Shown in pieces: positions 13,194 through 26,904 of a stretch of DNA of 64,000 nt. This stretch comes from Octopus sinensis. Its lineage: Eukaryota. Positions within the stretch are counted from its first letter, which is position 1. Each line of letters starts with the position of its first letter. The stretch covers positions 35,786,464 to 35,850,463 of the forward strand of contig NC_043011.1 of NCBI RefSeq assembly GCF_006345805.1, written 5' to 3'. The translations under genes were made by a program, and so were the position numbers. Under the pieces are notes generated by a model. That model was not told the origin of the DNA, did no database searches, and was given only the letters and a program-made list of their open reading frames with translations.

Positions 13194-13588
13194 GGCACAG
13201 GAGTGACTGTGTGGAATCACATGGTTCCGGGTTCAGTCCCACTGCGTAGCATCTTGGGCAAGTGTCTTCTGCTATAGCCCCGGGCCGACCAATGCCTTGT
13301 GAGTGGATTTGGTAGACGGAAACAGAAAGAAGCCTGTCGTATATATGTATATATATGTATATATGTGTATGTGTGTGTGTTTGTGTGTGTGTGTTGTCCC
13401 CCTAGCATTGCTTGACAACCGATGCTGGTGTGTTTACGTCCCCGTCACTTAGCGGTTCGCCAAAAGAGACCGATAGAATAAGTACTGGGCTTACAAAGAA
13501 TAAGTCCCGGGGTCGATTTGCTCGACTAAAGGCGGTGCTCCAGCATGGCCGCAGTCAAATGACTGAAACAAGTAAAAGAGTAAAAGAG
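13194..13588 (+). mobile_element. Family B SINE
   Basis: Colinear with the 8393 copy. Confidence 0.9.
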
Positions 13589-13860
13589 TATATATATGTA
13601 TATAAACACACACACACACACACGCAAGGATTCAGTTGATTGCTCAAGCGAACATTGATTTTGAGTACACCTGACAGAACATTCCACAGCGCAATTTTCA
13701 GTCAGCGTGACGAAGTGTGTGTGTGTGACAAGTTAGTACTTTTGAATTCTCCGTGAAATCCATCACACGGGCTTCCCTACAGTTTCCACCCACTTAATTT
13801 ACCCCCCACAAATCACGAGTCAGTTCGAGGCTATAGTAAATGATAGTTGCCCAAGATATG

Positions 13861-14087
13861 TTTCTTTATTACCCACAAGGGGCTAAACACAGAGGGGACA
13901 AACAAGGACAGACAAAGGGATTAAGTCGATTACATCGACCCCAGTGCGAAACTGGTACTTTATTTATCGACCCCGAAAGGATGAAAGGCAAAGTCAACCT
14001 CGGCGGAATTTGAACTCAGAACATAACGACAGACGAAATACTGCTAGGCATTTTGCCTGGCGTGCTAACAATTCTGCCAGCTTGCCC
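13861..14087 (-). mobile_element. Family A SINE
   Basis: Colinear with 3583..3812. Confidence 0.9.
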
Positions 14088-14271
14088 AAGATAGCTCTTA
14101 GCAGAATCGAACCACATACCTCCATGCTTGCGAAAGGAAATAAACCATTCAATCACACTGAGCCTATGTGTGAATGTCTTTACGTGCGTGTCTCTATATA
14201 CATGGGTGTGCGCATGCGCATATCTAGATTAATTTCCAAAATGAATACCGAATATGTTCATATGTTGACAG

Positions 14272-14379
14272 GGTTCGCTGACATCATTCACAAAATGGAT
14301 GCTGAAATTTTCCAGTTGAACTATTTGAAATTTCAGAAGCAGCGTCATTTCACTTCTTTAAAATTGCAATTATCGTTAA
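14272..14379 (+). CDS. Exon (phase 1->1; FADIIHKMDAEIFQLNYLKFQKQRHFTSLKLQLSL)
   Basis: ttgacAG acceptor, TAA|GTAATG donor, 108 nt symmetric, non-repetitive open frame (tail of ORF 13944..14396). Confidence 0.6.
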
Positions 14380-14955
14380 GTAATGTAATATATTAATATC
14401 AATAATTACTATTATTGTATTACAGTACTTAACGGTTATTCGTTAAAAAGCAATAACCTTCTTTTTCGCTTTCTATTTCCTATCATAATTAATAATCATT
14501 CGTGATAGAAACAGAAGATGACCGAAATGATGCTTTTTTATTGTTTGGAACGAATAACTATATTATTTATTTATTCATTTATTTATTTTTAATCGGAAGA
14601 ACGAGTGGTTTAATCAAAGAATAGAAAAGACAAAAGAAAAAAAATGAGAAGAAATGTTGCATTATGCTCAATTTCGTTTACTGAAAGATAATTTAAGAAG
14701 CAATATTCGAATTAAGGGTAATGGAATAACAGAAAATGTGCTTTCCGTTTATTTCATTGCGCGCTTATCCATCTTACCTGAAATTGTGCTTCGAAAATGT
14801 GAACTCCTATAGAACTAATATTTTCAATTGAAATCGCCGTACTGTCTACAAATAATGCAATGAACTTTTGACATTAATATACAGAAAGTAATAATACAAT
14901 AATAATGTTCACACATACAGCTACTGAACACACATTCATATTTCTAAGAGTTTGT

Positions 14956-15025
<70 letters not shown>

Positions 15026-17961
15026 GAGAAAAGGAAAAGAGAAAGTGTGAGAGGAGGTGATAGAAATGATGGTTCAAAAACTGAGTTATTTAATTTATTT
15101 ATAATTCCTTTATTTTATTTAACACAATACTTCTAACAGCGGGAGAAATATTGTGTATTGAATTGAATCATATCTTGATGAAATCATTATCCTAATGTTC
15201 GATTCTGGAATACTTTGATTTAATTCCTCCCTCCCACCAATCGAAGTATGTTCACTGAAATCATGGTAGCTACTACTTTACGTACGTCATCTCAAACGGC
15301 TAATTTAAAAATCCACGAAGTCAACTTCGCCTTTCAGCCTTCCGACTTGCATTGTGAGGTCGCTTTGGTCGAATGTATCCTGCCTCAATATTTCTATTTA
15401 TGTACCTATATAATAAATCAGTTTACAAGGACTGAAACTGAGTTTGTGATAGACTAGTGCAATGATTCTCAAATATATTCTATCACGGAAGAATAATTTC
15501 CAAAAATAGTGGAACCCATATCTAGATTTTACACACCCCACCTCACCGTTCTAATTTCAGTAAATTATTAAATGAAGCAAGAATTGTTTTAGTTAGAGGA
15601 TATATTCATATGACCTCTTCATCATGAAATAATTCCCTGTGAAAATGGAGGATACCATTTCTTCATCAAATATAATTTTATTGATTTTTATTAAACGACA
15701 TCGTATTTCGCAGAACTACGATTTGGGAAAACAAATCTTTTTTCGCTCTATTAAGGTCAAGAAAAAGAAGGAACATAACTAAATTTCAGATTCTCTTCGA
15801 TAGGTTTGAGCAATAACAGATTGCTGTGTTTACTGAGTGTTTACTTTTTCACAATCCCGAAACTATTTCGAGCGTATCACTCAGGCTTGCGAGGAAGGGA
15901 TGGCCTCCCTTTGCAAATACTCCAAAGACACTGATATTGTGTCTAAAGCCAGCTTGAGACGAAGATCTCTTGGGGCTATAAAGCTACAGTAACACCCCCT
16001 CCCCAATGTGGTTAGCCATGATAAGATGGCTTCTATACTTTACATTATTATGATTATTTTCCAAATATTAAAACAAATATATTTTTATGTTCAAGCCAAA
16101 TGGAATATACTTTAAATGGACACTTAGTCTGTTTTACTGTGGTTACTTGTTCCAGAAAAGCATGTCATGCTAACACAATTCTCTCACACCATTCATCGAG
16201 CTGTTCCTGGAATAAGAGTCATAAAGGCAGTCACATTTAACCCCGATACTCTGTGTATATGCAATAGGCTTCTTTCAGTTTCCATTCATCAAATCCACTC
16301 CCAAGGCTTCGAAAAAGAATGGAACTTTTAGGATTTATGAGGGTGGGTTTAAAAATATATTTCTTTTCACATAGCATAATCGTATGACTTACGTAGGATA
16401 CAAATTCACAAACTAGAATTCCGCCGAATCCTTTATTTTCCAAATCCTTTATATTTATCAGTTATTGATGTTGTATAAAAATGATAGTATTTTGTATATC
16501 AGTGGCGTAACTTGATGTAAGCGAAGTTGTACTAGCATTGCCTCGCTTGTCATACAAACGGCTTGTTCTAATCTACGACAAAACCTTAATAGATGAAGTC
16601 AACGAGGGCACCTCTACGTGGTACCTTCAGCCTCGCAAGAAATAGCACTAAGTGTTCTCTTGATTTAGACAACCATCCTCTTAAAAAGTAATGGATAGAC
16701 GGACTAATGTAGTGCTACATATTCCATGTCCGCAATAAGGACAGGAATGTTGTGGTTGGAACAATCCTGCTCAGGGAATAAGAACCACAATTAAACTGTA
16801 GAAAATGGTTACTCACTTTTCTAATTTTTTGTTGAAATCAAGGGAGGTTGAGAGTTTATCTACAAAGTGTAGTGCAGGTTATAACTTGATTTCCTACACT
16901 CAACGATGTTTGACATAAAAAAGAACAACAATAGCAAATGTATTGGAGTCGAACCATTGAAAGACCTATAACTTCTTTAAAATAATGGGCTCAAATTAAT
17001 CATATAGTCAGTACAATTAAGTATTAAAGATTATTTATGTTGTTTAGCATAGGGCAGCCGTGGTGGAATAGACATATGGTGAAAGATGTTCCGGCTATGG
17101 CCATTCCAACATTTCCAAAGCTAAACAGAACTTCATTATCCAATGTGTAGATACCTTATTTAAAAAGAGTAAGGAGTCATTTGAGGGAAGATGTTTGATC
17201 TAGCAGATAAAGCAACATTCTCCGCTGGTTGGAACTGATACTATGCTTATATTTATTAGCTCAAGAAATTTTTTTTAATTAATGGCGCTGAGAAATGAAC
17301 TCATCAGAAATTGAAAAGAAAAATAAATTTTCTGAATAAAAACAAAATTTGAAAAACAATGCTAGGTTCAATATCAAACATCAAAAATAAATTCTTTCAA
17401 GTCAGCTTCCCCTATTACAATATAAAACACCTACGCGTACCTCCACCACGTCAGCCAGTGTAACTTCTCTCTTTTCGACCTCCAACACCGAAAAGTCTTG
17501 CCAAATGTATTAGAAAATAATTTATGAGTATTCAAACTCAATTTTCCACCTCTTAATTCTTTTACATTATTAGATGCGTGACTTGCCACAGTCTCTAAGA
17601 ATTAACAGTTGTACAAATTCTTCTACAAAAATTATATTATTTGGGAAGACATGAGAAAATTAAGTTTACGAAACTGGAAGAGAGCCAAATTGAAAATTTG
17701 AAGACTCATGGCGTTTTGATTGATATCGTTTTTCATCGGTTTTGTTAGTTTCTGAAACAAAGCAAATTAATACTATTGTATGTCAGTCTCTATGTCTACC
17801 TCTTTGTCTCGCGCATGTGCACTCTCATATTATTTATTTATGAAGTCATATTTCTGGACATATAAATGATTAAATATGTATTTAGAAGTTGTTAAGTGAT
17901 AATCGTTGTATTCATCTCTCTTTCAAGCTACTTCAAGAGAGGCTCTACGCGGTTGATGAAA

Positions 17962-18140
17962 TAATCCTTTCTAATATCAGGTCTAGAGGGGACAGTCGGT
18001 TACATCAACCCCAGTACTCAACTGGTACTTATTTTATCGACTCCGAATGGATGAAAAGCAAAGTCGACTCCAGCGGAACTTGAATTCATAACGTCAAGAT
18101 GGACGAAATACCACTATGCCTTTCGCACGGCGTGCTAACT
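17962..18140 (-). mobile_element. Family A SINE, degenerate
   Basis: Central CCCCAGT..ACTGGTACTTATTTTATCGAC..GATGAAAAGCAAAGTCGAC module. Confidence 0.75.
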
Positions 18141-18377
18141 GTACTGTGTAGTCCTAAATATTTAAAAAGACAGGATAGTCTCCGTTGGAATGCTTTTGAC
18201 GATAGAAGTACTAGATCAGACATGTTTAACTTAGAGCCAAACCACAGCAGCAGCTGCAAAATAATAACAAAACAATCAGCATATACAAAACAACAAAGGC
18301 TACGGGTTGCACAGAGGTTATACACGCAACCCATCTACTCTGAAACTAAGAACACAATATGAAACACTGCTTGAATG

Positions 18378-18650
18378 CGTAGGCGTGGCTGTGTGGTAAG
18401 ATGCTTATGTTCCAACCACATGGTACGGGGTTCAGCCCCATTACATGGCACCTTGGACAAGTGTCTTCTACTATGGGTAGAATGCCTTGTGACTGGACGT
18501 AGTAGACAGAAACTGAAAGAAGCCCGTCATATATATATGTGTGTGTGTGTCTATGTGTTTGTTTGTTTATGTGTTTCTCTCCCCACCACTGCTTGAAAAC
18601 CGGTGCATTCGACTAAAATTGGCAGCAGTCTAATGACTGGTACAAGTAAA
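18378..18650 (+). mobile_element. Family B SINE, internally deleted
   Basis: Head and tail match the family. Confidence 0.75.
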
Positions 18651-18689
18651 AAGGAAAAAGGATATTACAGACAGTGTTTGTTCCTACAG

Positions 18690-18890
18690 TAAGATGTGAT
18701 TCACTTTGTGACTGTCTCTGGTATGTACAATGTCTTTCTAAAACACCCGGGAAACTTGATATTGGTATTACGTCTGGAATAAATGATCGTTGTATCTCAT
18801 TTACTCGTTCAGTTGACTTCCTACGAATCATTAGCTCTGATTCAGTGAACGAACTGTTGTTAAACAGAAAATTTTTTACACCAGCAACAA
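18690..18890 (+). CDS. Exon (phase 1->1; RCDSLCDCLWYVQCLSKTPGKLDIGITSGINDRCISFTRSVDFLRIISSDSVNELLLNRKFFTPAT)
   Basis: tgtttgttcctacAG acceptor, CAA|GTAAGG donor, 201 nt symmetric, inside ORF 18674..18991. Confidence 0.75.
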
Positions 18891-18924
18891 GTAAGGTTCT
18901 GTATTTAAGAGATGGAGAATTATG

Positions 18925-19090
18925 TACATTATTTACATTTGACGGATATTTGTCCTCATCTTGTTTGTTGTTAACACAACGCTTCGGCTGATATACCCTC
19001 TAGGTTTCATCAGGCGTTTTGGGGAAATTTCGAACCTGGGTTCTCATTGCTAAAGTATTTTTCGATATTATTATTATTATTATTGTTATA

Positions 19091-19145
<55 letters not shown>

Positions 19146-19282
19146 TCACTGCTTGGAATCGAACACGGAATATTGGGGTTATTAAACCACGCTCTTAACC
19201 ACTACGCCATATGCCCGTGGGCATAGTGGTTAAGAGCGCAGGCTACTAACTCCAAGATTCCGTGTTCGATTCCAAGCAGTGA

Positions 19283-19321
<39 letters not shown>

Positions 19322-19490
19322 TAATAATAATAACAATAATAACAACAATATCGAAGAATACCTTAGGAATGAGAACCCAGGTTCGAAATTTCTCCAAGAC
19401 ACCTGATGAAAGATGGAGGGTATATTAGCCAAAATGTGTGTTAACAACAAACAAGGTGAGGACAAATATCCGTCAAATGTAAATAATGTA
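18925..19490. mobile_element. 566-bp palindromic element: two head-to-head units of tRNA-like head, (AAT)n and hammerhead-like tail
   Basis: Arms are reverse complements centred on TATGCCC-GT-GGGCATA (19210..19225); A box TAGTGGTTAAG and B box GTTCGATTCC in both directions; CTGATGA core in each arm. Confidence 0.8.
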
Positions 19491-19885
19491 AATAATGAAC
19501 AGAAACAAGTGCAGGGCGAAAATATATACGAACCGGCTTCAAAATAGATGCTATATCAACAAAAAATTGAAAGATAATACTCCTGGGTAGCATTTGGTAT
19601 ACTAATCACATATGTAAAGTAGTGAGGTGAAAAACAAATTAAGAAAAACGACCTTCCTCTATGGAATGTTAAAATCTTGAAACTATAAGCAAGAGAGACA
19701 ATTCCGATAATATCAGCTAATTCAATTTTTTATAAAAATTAAGACGATGCAGTTAGTACTGGCCCTTGATTTTTAAGAGCAACAAACATATTTCAAGTTT
19801 ATCAGAGCACCTCAGTGATGTACATTCAGCTGCAGTTCAAAGACTTAAGAGATGATCAGTATATACGGAAATAAATGTAGTGATT

Positions 19886-20276
19886 GGGGGGGGGGCACTC
19901 CGTCGGTTACGACGATGAGGGTTCCGGTTGATCCGAATCAACGGAACAGCCTGCTCGTGAAATTAACGTGTAAGTGGCTGAGCACTCCACAGACACGTGC
20001 ACCCTTAACGTAGTTCTCGGGGATATTCAGCGTGACACAGAGAGTGACAAGGCCGGCCCCTTGAAATACAGGTACAACAGAAACAGGAAGAAAGAGTGAG
20101 AGAAAGTTGTGGTGAAAGAGTACAGCAGGGATCACCACCATCCCCTGCCGGAGCCTCGTGGAGCTTTTAGGTGTTTTCGCTCAATAAACACTCACAACGC
20201 CCGGTCTGGGAATCGAAACCGCGATCCTATGACCGCGAGTCCGTTTCCTTAACCACTGGGCCATTGCGCCTCCACC
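19886..20276 (-). mobile_element. Family C SINE, full length, 13-bp TSD
   Basis: tRNA-like head GGAGGCGCAATGGCCCAGTGGTTAAGG...GGTTTCGATTCCC on minus; TSD AAATGTAGTGATT at 19873..19885 and 20277..20289. Confidence 0.9.
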
Positions 20277-20509
20277 AAATGTAGTGATTATGAATACCAG
20301 CAATACGGCAGAGAGAAAATATGCTCTAGGAGCGCGTTTTAAATGCTAAATACACATAGAGCGGAACCTCACAAATGTAACATAGTAATCTCTCGCCATA
20401 TCGTGGTTCACCTACTGGAGTTTATTATTTAAGCTTACGTCGATCCCTCCGTGATGTTTGCATTTATAACAAAATCAATATATACAAATTATAAAAATAA
20501 CAAATAAAT

Positions 20510-20601
20510 ATACAGTACTGTATTGTTTCTATTTCGCGGATTTTCACTTATCGTGGAGGATTTCGGAACGTAACACCCGCGATAGACGAGGGGTTACTGT
20601 A
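20510..20601 (-). mobile_element. Possible pogo/Tigger-type MITE end
   Basis: Minus strand TA-CAGTAACCCCTCGTCTATCGCGGG resembles recalled Tigger-like TIRs; partner end not found. Confidence 0.4.
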
Positions 20602-21380
20602 CATGTAGGTGATCAACTACTACACTGCAGTTAATCATATCAACTATAATATAGCAGTTAAGCAACTAGCTCGGTTTGCTGAGATTATTTTTACTGTTAA
20701 AAGGCAAAAGAAACCTCTACAGAGTTTATGAAAATCTACCAAAGACAAGAAAGGCTGTGGCACCAGTATAATATCACTCTTAAGTACGCGAAGAAGAAGA
20801 CATATAGCAGTATACATGGGTGGTTTAAAATATTGAAAAGTTCTATTTCCACTTGACAGCAGTCGGAGAAAAACTCGTTTTTGAATAATTAAAGTATATT
20901 CTATTATATGAAATAAATAGCAATAAAAACTGTTATTTGTAATAGCCACCAGTTCACCACTCCCATCTGCGCTCACACAGGGTAATAAAAAGTTACTTTA
21001 ATACACAACAAAATTTATTGCATTATATTAAAAGCTTTATATCTGTTTAATATCATCCTTAAAGTTGGAGTAAAGAAAATAAATCTGGGAAAATCACCCT
21101 CAATTGAATATTTAATTACTGTAATGTAAGTATATCTATAAATTTAACCAAAACTTTGAACAACATTTTGGATTGATCTAAAATGATAGTAAAATTTCAA
21201 CAATTCCAATTTCATTATATTTTGATAATATGTTGATTGTATTGATAATTTTGATAACTACCACTGCTACAAACGCACACACTCTTATAGCTTTCATTCA
21301 CTGTAATTAACTCTTCTGCTTTTTTTTTTTGCAGCTTTAAGCTTAAATTCTCTTCGTCACTTCCGTCCACTATTCTAACT

Positions 21381-21540
21381 TATTTCTTTACTACCTACAA
21401 GGGGCTACACACAGAGGGGACAAACAAGGACAGACAAATGGATTAAGTCGATTATATCGACCCCAGTGCGCAGCTGGTACTTATTTAATCGACCCTGAAA
21501 GGATGAAAGGCAAAGTCGACTCGGCAGAATTTGAACTCAG
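21381..21540 (-). mobile_element. Family A SINE, 5'-truncated
   Basis: Matches the 3' two-thirds of the family and ends at TTTGAACTCAG. Confidence 0.85.
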
Positions 21541-21726
21541 GTTTTGAGAAGCCTAATTTCTCAAGATCGGTATTTAGGCTGTGTTTTACATATCCCAGTG
21601 CCCCAATAATTACTGGTATACACCTGAACTTGTAATCTGGATAGAGTTACTGCAGAGTATGTATGTATGTGAGTATGTTTGTGTATATATATATGTATGC
21701 ATATGTGTATGAATGTGCGTATGTAT

Positions 21727-22045
21727 GTATGTTTGGATTAGTGGTTAGGGTATTTGGCTAATGATCTTAATGTCGTGAGTTCAGTTCCCAGAGGCGCGTC
21801 GTGTCTTTTGAGCAAAACACTTTAATTTACGTTACTCCCTGTCCACTCAGCTGGCAAAAATGAGTTGTACCTGTAATTCAAAAGGGGGAAATCTTGTCAC
21901 ATTTTGTGTCACGCTGAATCTCCCTGAGAACTACATTAAGAGTACGCGTATCTGTGGAGTGTTCAGCCACTTGCACGTTAATTTCACGATCAGGCTGTTC
22001 CGCTGATCGAATCACCAGGATCATTCGTCGTTGAAACCGACCATG
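21727..22045 (+). mobile_element. Family C SINE, degenerate
   Basis: TAGTGGTTAGGG head; GTGTCACGCTGAATCTCCCTGAGAACTAC body. Confidence 0.75.
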
Positions 22046-22608
22046 CATGTATGAATGAATGAATATAAATGAATATATGTATGAATGAAATGAATGTAAT
22101 TTTCAACTAAAGGTAAGCAATAATTGTCTATATTTTTAATGAATTTTCAACATTAAAATAATATTTTTCGTAAGTAGGCAAACGTAGTATGCGATTAATA
22201 TCTTTTCTTTGCGTTTCAGTGACCCAAAGTCAAAACAATTGAGAGCCCCTACTTTACTTGCCAGATTTAGCAGTTAAATATCCCTTATCTTACATATAAA
22301 GTTCAAGGGTACTTTAGATAATATACTTACTACATAATCTCTAAAACGATGGGATTGTCATGTCCAAAATACTTTTGATCTTATATATGCCCAATGAAGG
22401 TTAACCCAGGGTTAAACACTAACAATAACAACAAAAACAACAACAACGACATGAAACACCTTCAACAGTTAAAAATCTATTAACCCCGGTTTGGTTATTC
22501 CGTATCGTTCGTATTTGTTCAACCATTCAATATAAAAATATATATATCTTCTATCTTTAGACTAGAGGCAATAATTTTCAAGCTGTGTTATTTTTGTTAT
22601 CGCTATAG

Positions 22609-22732
22609 TTCTGCTTGAATTGAGGACGGACGCTGCAATGAATGCCATATTATATTCAGGAAGTTGTTTCATAAAACACATGAATGCCACGGTGTTCAAA
22701 GGTTTAATACTTATCCCTAATGAAACTAGGAA
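22609..22732 (+). CDS. Exon (phase 1->2; LLELRTDAAMNAILYSGSCFIKHMNATVFKGLILIPNETR); donor uncertain (22732 or 22736)
   Basis: tttttgttatcgctatAG acceptor; 40 open codons in unique sequence; donors AA|GTCGGT or TCG|GTTAAG. Confidence 0.6.
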
Positions 22733-22812
22733 GTCGGTTAAGACCAAAGAGAAAATGAAGAATAAATAAACGGTATTCATAAACTACAGTTTAAAATTAA
22801 TAGCCATGCCGA

Positions 22813-23700
<888 letters not shown>

Positions 23701-24651
23701 ACATAACTATCGTGTGACCGTGTGTGTAACAACAAAAACATATATTTGAGTGACTGAATCTGATTTGTATAGGAAAAATGTTTTGGCTGTGTTTCAACCA
23801 CGGCACCGTGACATATAATGTATGTAGAACTAAACACCTAACGAAAAGAAACTAAACCCAATATATAATTTGAAAACTATTGGAATAAATAGTGACTTTG
23901 CGACCGTAGATTAGCCTACGTTTGAAATATGACTGTACTGGAGTCAATCCAGTCACTACATTACATTAGATACACATTCAGTATACGTCAGATACAATTA
24001 TAAACTACACTACTTCAGACTCCTCTGGACTTTCAGATCCATGAGAAAGGCTCTATATGGTCAGTAAGCCTGCTAGAAAGAACAAGCATATCTCTCTGTA
24101 ATCGCACGAAACCGTCTTGTGGAAGGAAAAGGCACATAAGGTAGTCTTTCGTAACTGTATTAGTGTGAGATAATCACATCAGGAATGCCCTTAGTTAAAG
24201 CTCTGCTCAGTCCACGTTGGTCCGGAGTTTAAACATTAAGAATAACAATTAAAAAATATAGCAGTAACTACAACATAAACAACAGCCATATACGCCACGA
24301 GTCAAGGCGAAAACTATTGCGTAGTCGCGTGGTCAACTAGAAACAGCAATGAAAATTTCTCACACAGTAAAAAAAAAAACACATTAAAATGAAAAATAAA
24401 AAAATAAAACAAACTAACACGGAATGGTCACGGCTGAAACATCTTTCGTCATTGATCTACCAAAACATGGCTAAATTGCCATTAAACAACGATGGCAATA
24501 CCACAGCACTGAAAAAATTGGTTTGAATCATTGAGATTCTCTTCTCTGACTAATCCCCATTTGTGAACTTTACAAAATAAGTTTCGCATACACTGACAAC
24601 CAACTACTTACCCCAGATTCTCTTTTCCCTTTATCTGTTATCTTTCTTTTT

Positions 24652-25005
24652 TCTTTTTACTTGTTTCAGTCATTAGACTGCGGTCATGCTGGGGCACTAC
24701 CTTGAAGAATGTTTAGTCAAATGTATCAACCCAAGTGCTTAGTTTTCAAAACCTGGTACTTATTCAATCGGTTACGTAAACACACAAGCACCGGTTGTCA
24801 AGCGGTAATGGGAGGATAAACAAAGATACACACACACACACACACACATGTACGAAGGGCTTCTTTCAGTTTCCGTCTACCAAATCTACTCATAAAGCTT
24901 TGGTCGGCCCGATGCTATGATAGAAGACACTTGCCTAAGGTGCCACGCAGTGGGACTGAACCTGATACCATGAGGCTGGGAAGCAGGATTCTTACCACAC
25001 AGCCA
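24652..25005 (-). mobile_element. Family B SINE
   Basis: Reverse complement of the family sequence. Confidence 0.85.
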
Positions 25006-25499
25006 TATCATAACTCCTTACATTTTGAGTTCAAATCTTATTACAGTAATCTTTGTCTCTCTTAGATCCTTCGGTGGTCGAAGAAACAGAGCATCAGTCT
25101 CAGGTAGAGGCATTAGAACGTTGGACAAAAATGTTATCTATTTCTACCGGCTCTTTACGATTTTGTGTTTAGGAAAGTCTGACAAACTTTACTGTGAATA
25201 GGCGACAAAATGGTGTCTTATAAAAATACTTGTAGAAGGCAACAGGAAACTATCTTCGCATTCACCCAAGAAAATTTCCTGTCAAGAATATAGCCTTTGT
25301 CAAGGAAATCATCAGGGTCATTCGTAGAACTGATGATGCAGGGAAAATGTAATGTGTATCTGCAGAAACAGACTACCTGAAGACGCGTTATGCTTTCAAA
25401 AAATTGAAACGTAGTGCGGATGAAAAAAACAATAAAAATAAGGTCGTTATAAAACAGTCCTTTGTATTTAACTTATATCCTTTCTTTCGATAATACTAA

Positions 25500-25706
25500 T
25501 GGTTTAACTTTGGTATAAGGTCTGAAATTTTGAAGGAGGGGATAGTCGATTACATCGACCCCAGTACTCAACTGGTACTTTTATTATCAACCCCGAAATG
25601 ATGAAAGGTAAAGTTGACCTCGGTGGAACTTGAACTCAGAACGTAAAGACGGGTGAAATGCCGCTCAGCATTTTGTACAGGGCGGTAACAATTCTGCCAG
25701 CTCGTC
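25500..25706 (-). mobile_element. Family A SINE, degenerate
   Basis: Central module and head recognisable. Confidence 0.75.
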
Positions 25707-26182
25707 ACAAACCTGTCTCACCTCAATAACACGTTCATCGTTACTCTATAAAACTGACAGAAGTGTTAATAACAAAACATTAACACCTACAAAACATTCG
25801 TGTAAAGATAAATATTGATCTCTAAAAGGAAAATATACGCTACATATTAGATTTATACACAAATACGTAACGCTCGCAAAGACCACACATCCGTACAAAT
25901 CTAAACGTATAAACAAAAACATTTAAAAAACGGTTTGCGGCTGGGCAACGAGATCGTTTACTACGAGAAGTTCGATACTAATGTTGACATTCTAGAAATC
26001 TTGTTGTTAGTCGACTGCACAACTGATGTATTCAAATTATCCATGCATTACCTCCTACAAAGATAGGAACACGCTAAAAAGATGTATTTACAAAATAATG
26101 GATTTAGGTCAGAGATCGAAGCTCCTAGGAACATTTGCGTAAACTATAATCTCTGGAATCCCAATGGGATACAACAGACATG

Positions 26183-26582
26183 TCTTTTACTCTTTTACTT
26201 GTTTCAGTCATTTGACTGCGGCCATGCTGGAGCACCGCATTTAGTCAAGCGAATCGACCCCAGGATTTATTCTTTGAAAGCCCAGTACTTATTCTATCAG
26301 TCTCTTTTGCCGAATCGCTAAGTTACGAGGACGTAAACACACCAGCATCGGTTGTCACGCGATGTTGGGGGGGGGGGACAAACACAGACACACATACATA
26401 TATAAATATACATATATACAACGGGCTTCTTTCAGTTTCCGTCTACCAAATCCACTCACAAGGCTTTGGTCGGCACGAGGCTATAGTAGTAGAGACTTGC
26501 CCAAGGTGCCACTTAGTGGGACTGAACCCGGAACCATGTGGTTGGTAAGCAAGCTACTTACCGCACAGCCACTCCTACGCTT
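26183..26582 (-). mobile_element. Family B SINE
   Basis: Reverse complement, near full length. Confidence 0.9.
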
Positions 26583-26904
26583 ATGTATGGTTATTTCTTG
26601 AGGATATTGTACCAAATGTTGGCATACAAATATCGGACTAAAGGAATAAGGGATACTGTTAGATGCCACCAAATTTTTCCTCAAACAAATCAATAATCGT
26701 CGCCGCAACAAATTTTTCGTTTTAAAATCCGGAGTTTTGTGACTGTCTTCCAAAATGTTTACAAAATATTCAGTAAAAATTTCTCATGAGCCTCCTGAAA
26801 GCACACGCCCCCCCCACACAAACACACACACTCACACACACAAACATACACTCACACTCATACAAACACACACACTGACATACGTAGAAATGTTGGTGCA
26901 GACA

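Noticed and set aside
18613-18898. Open minus-strand frame of ~95 codons
   Set aside because: Antisense shadow of the + exon, which has much better splice sites and phase fit.
19219-19290. tRNA genes at this and other SINE heads
   Set aside because: A and B boxes are present but acceptor stems are incomplete and heads run into repeat bodies; treated as SINE-derived.
20723-20856. EFMKIYQRQERLW.. peptide (MADF-like, or an extra phase-1 exon)
   Set aside because: No pyrimidine tract at the acceptor, short, similarity only impressionistic.
21541-21615. 75-nt symmetric phase-1 open segment using a SINE-derived CTCAG as acceptor
   Set aside because: Acceptor is just the truncation point of a SINE with a poor pyrimidine tract; cannot be supported without RNA data.
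25330-25369. CTGATGA-TGCAG..CTGCA-GAAAC hammerhead core
   Set aside because: Stem II pairs, but I could not build stem I together with stem III and an NUH site; upstream ATCATCAG would sequester the core.
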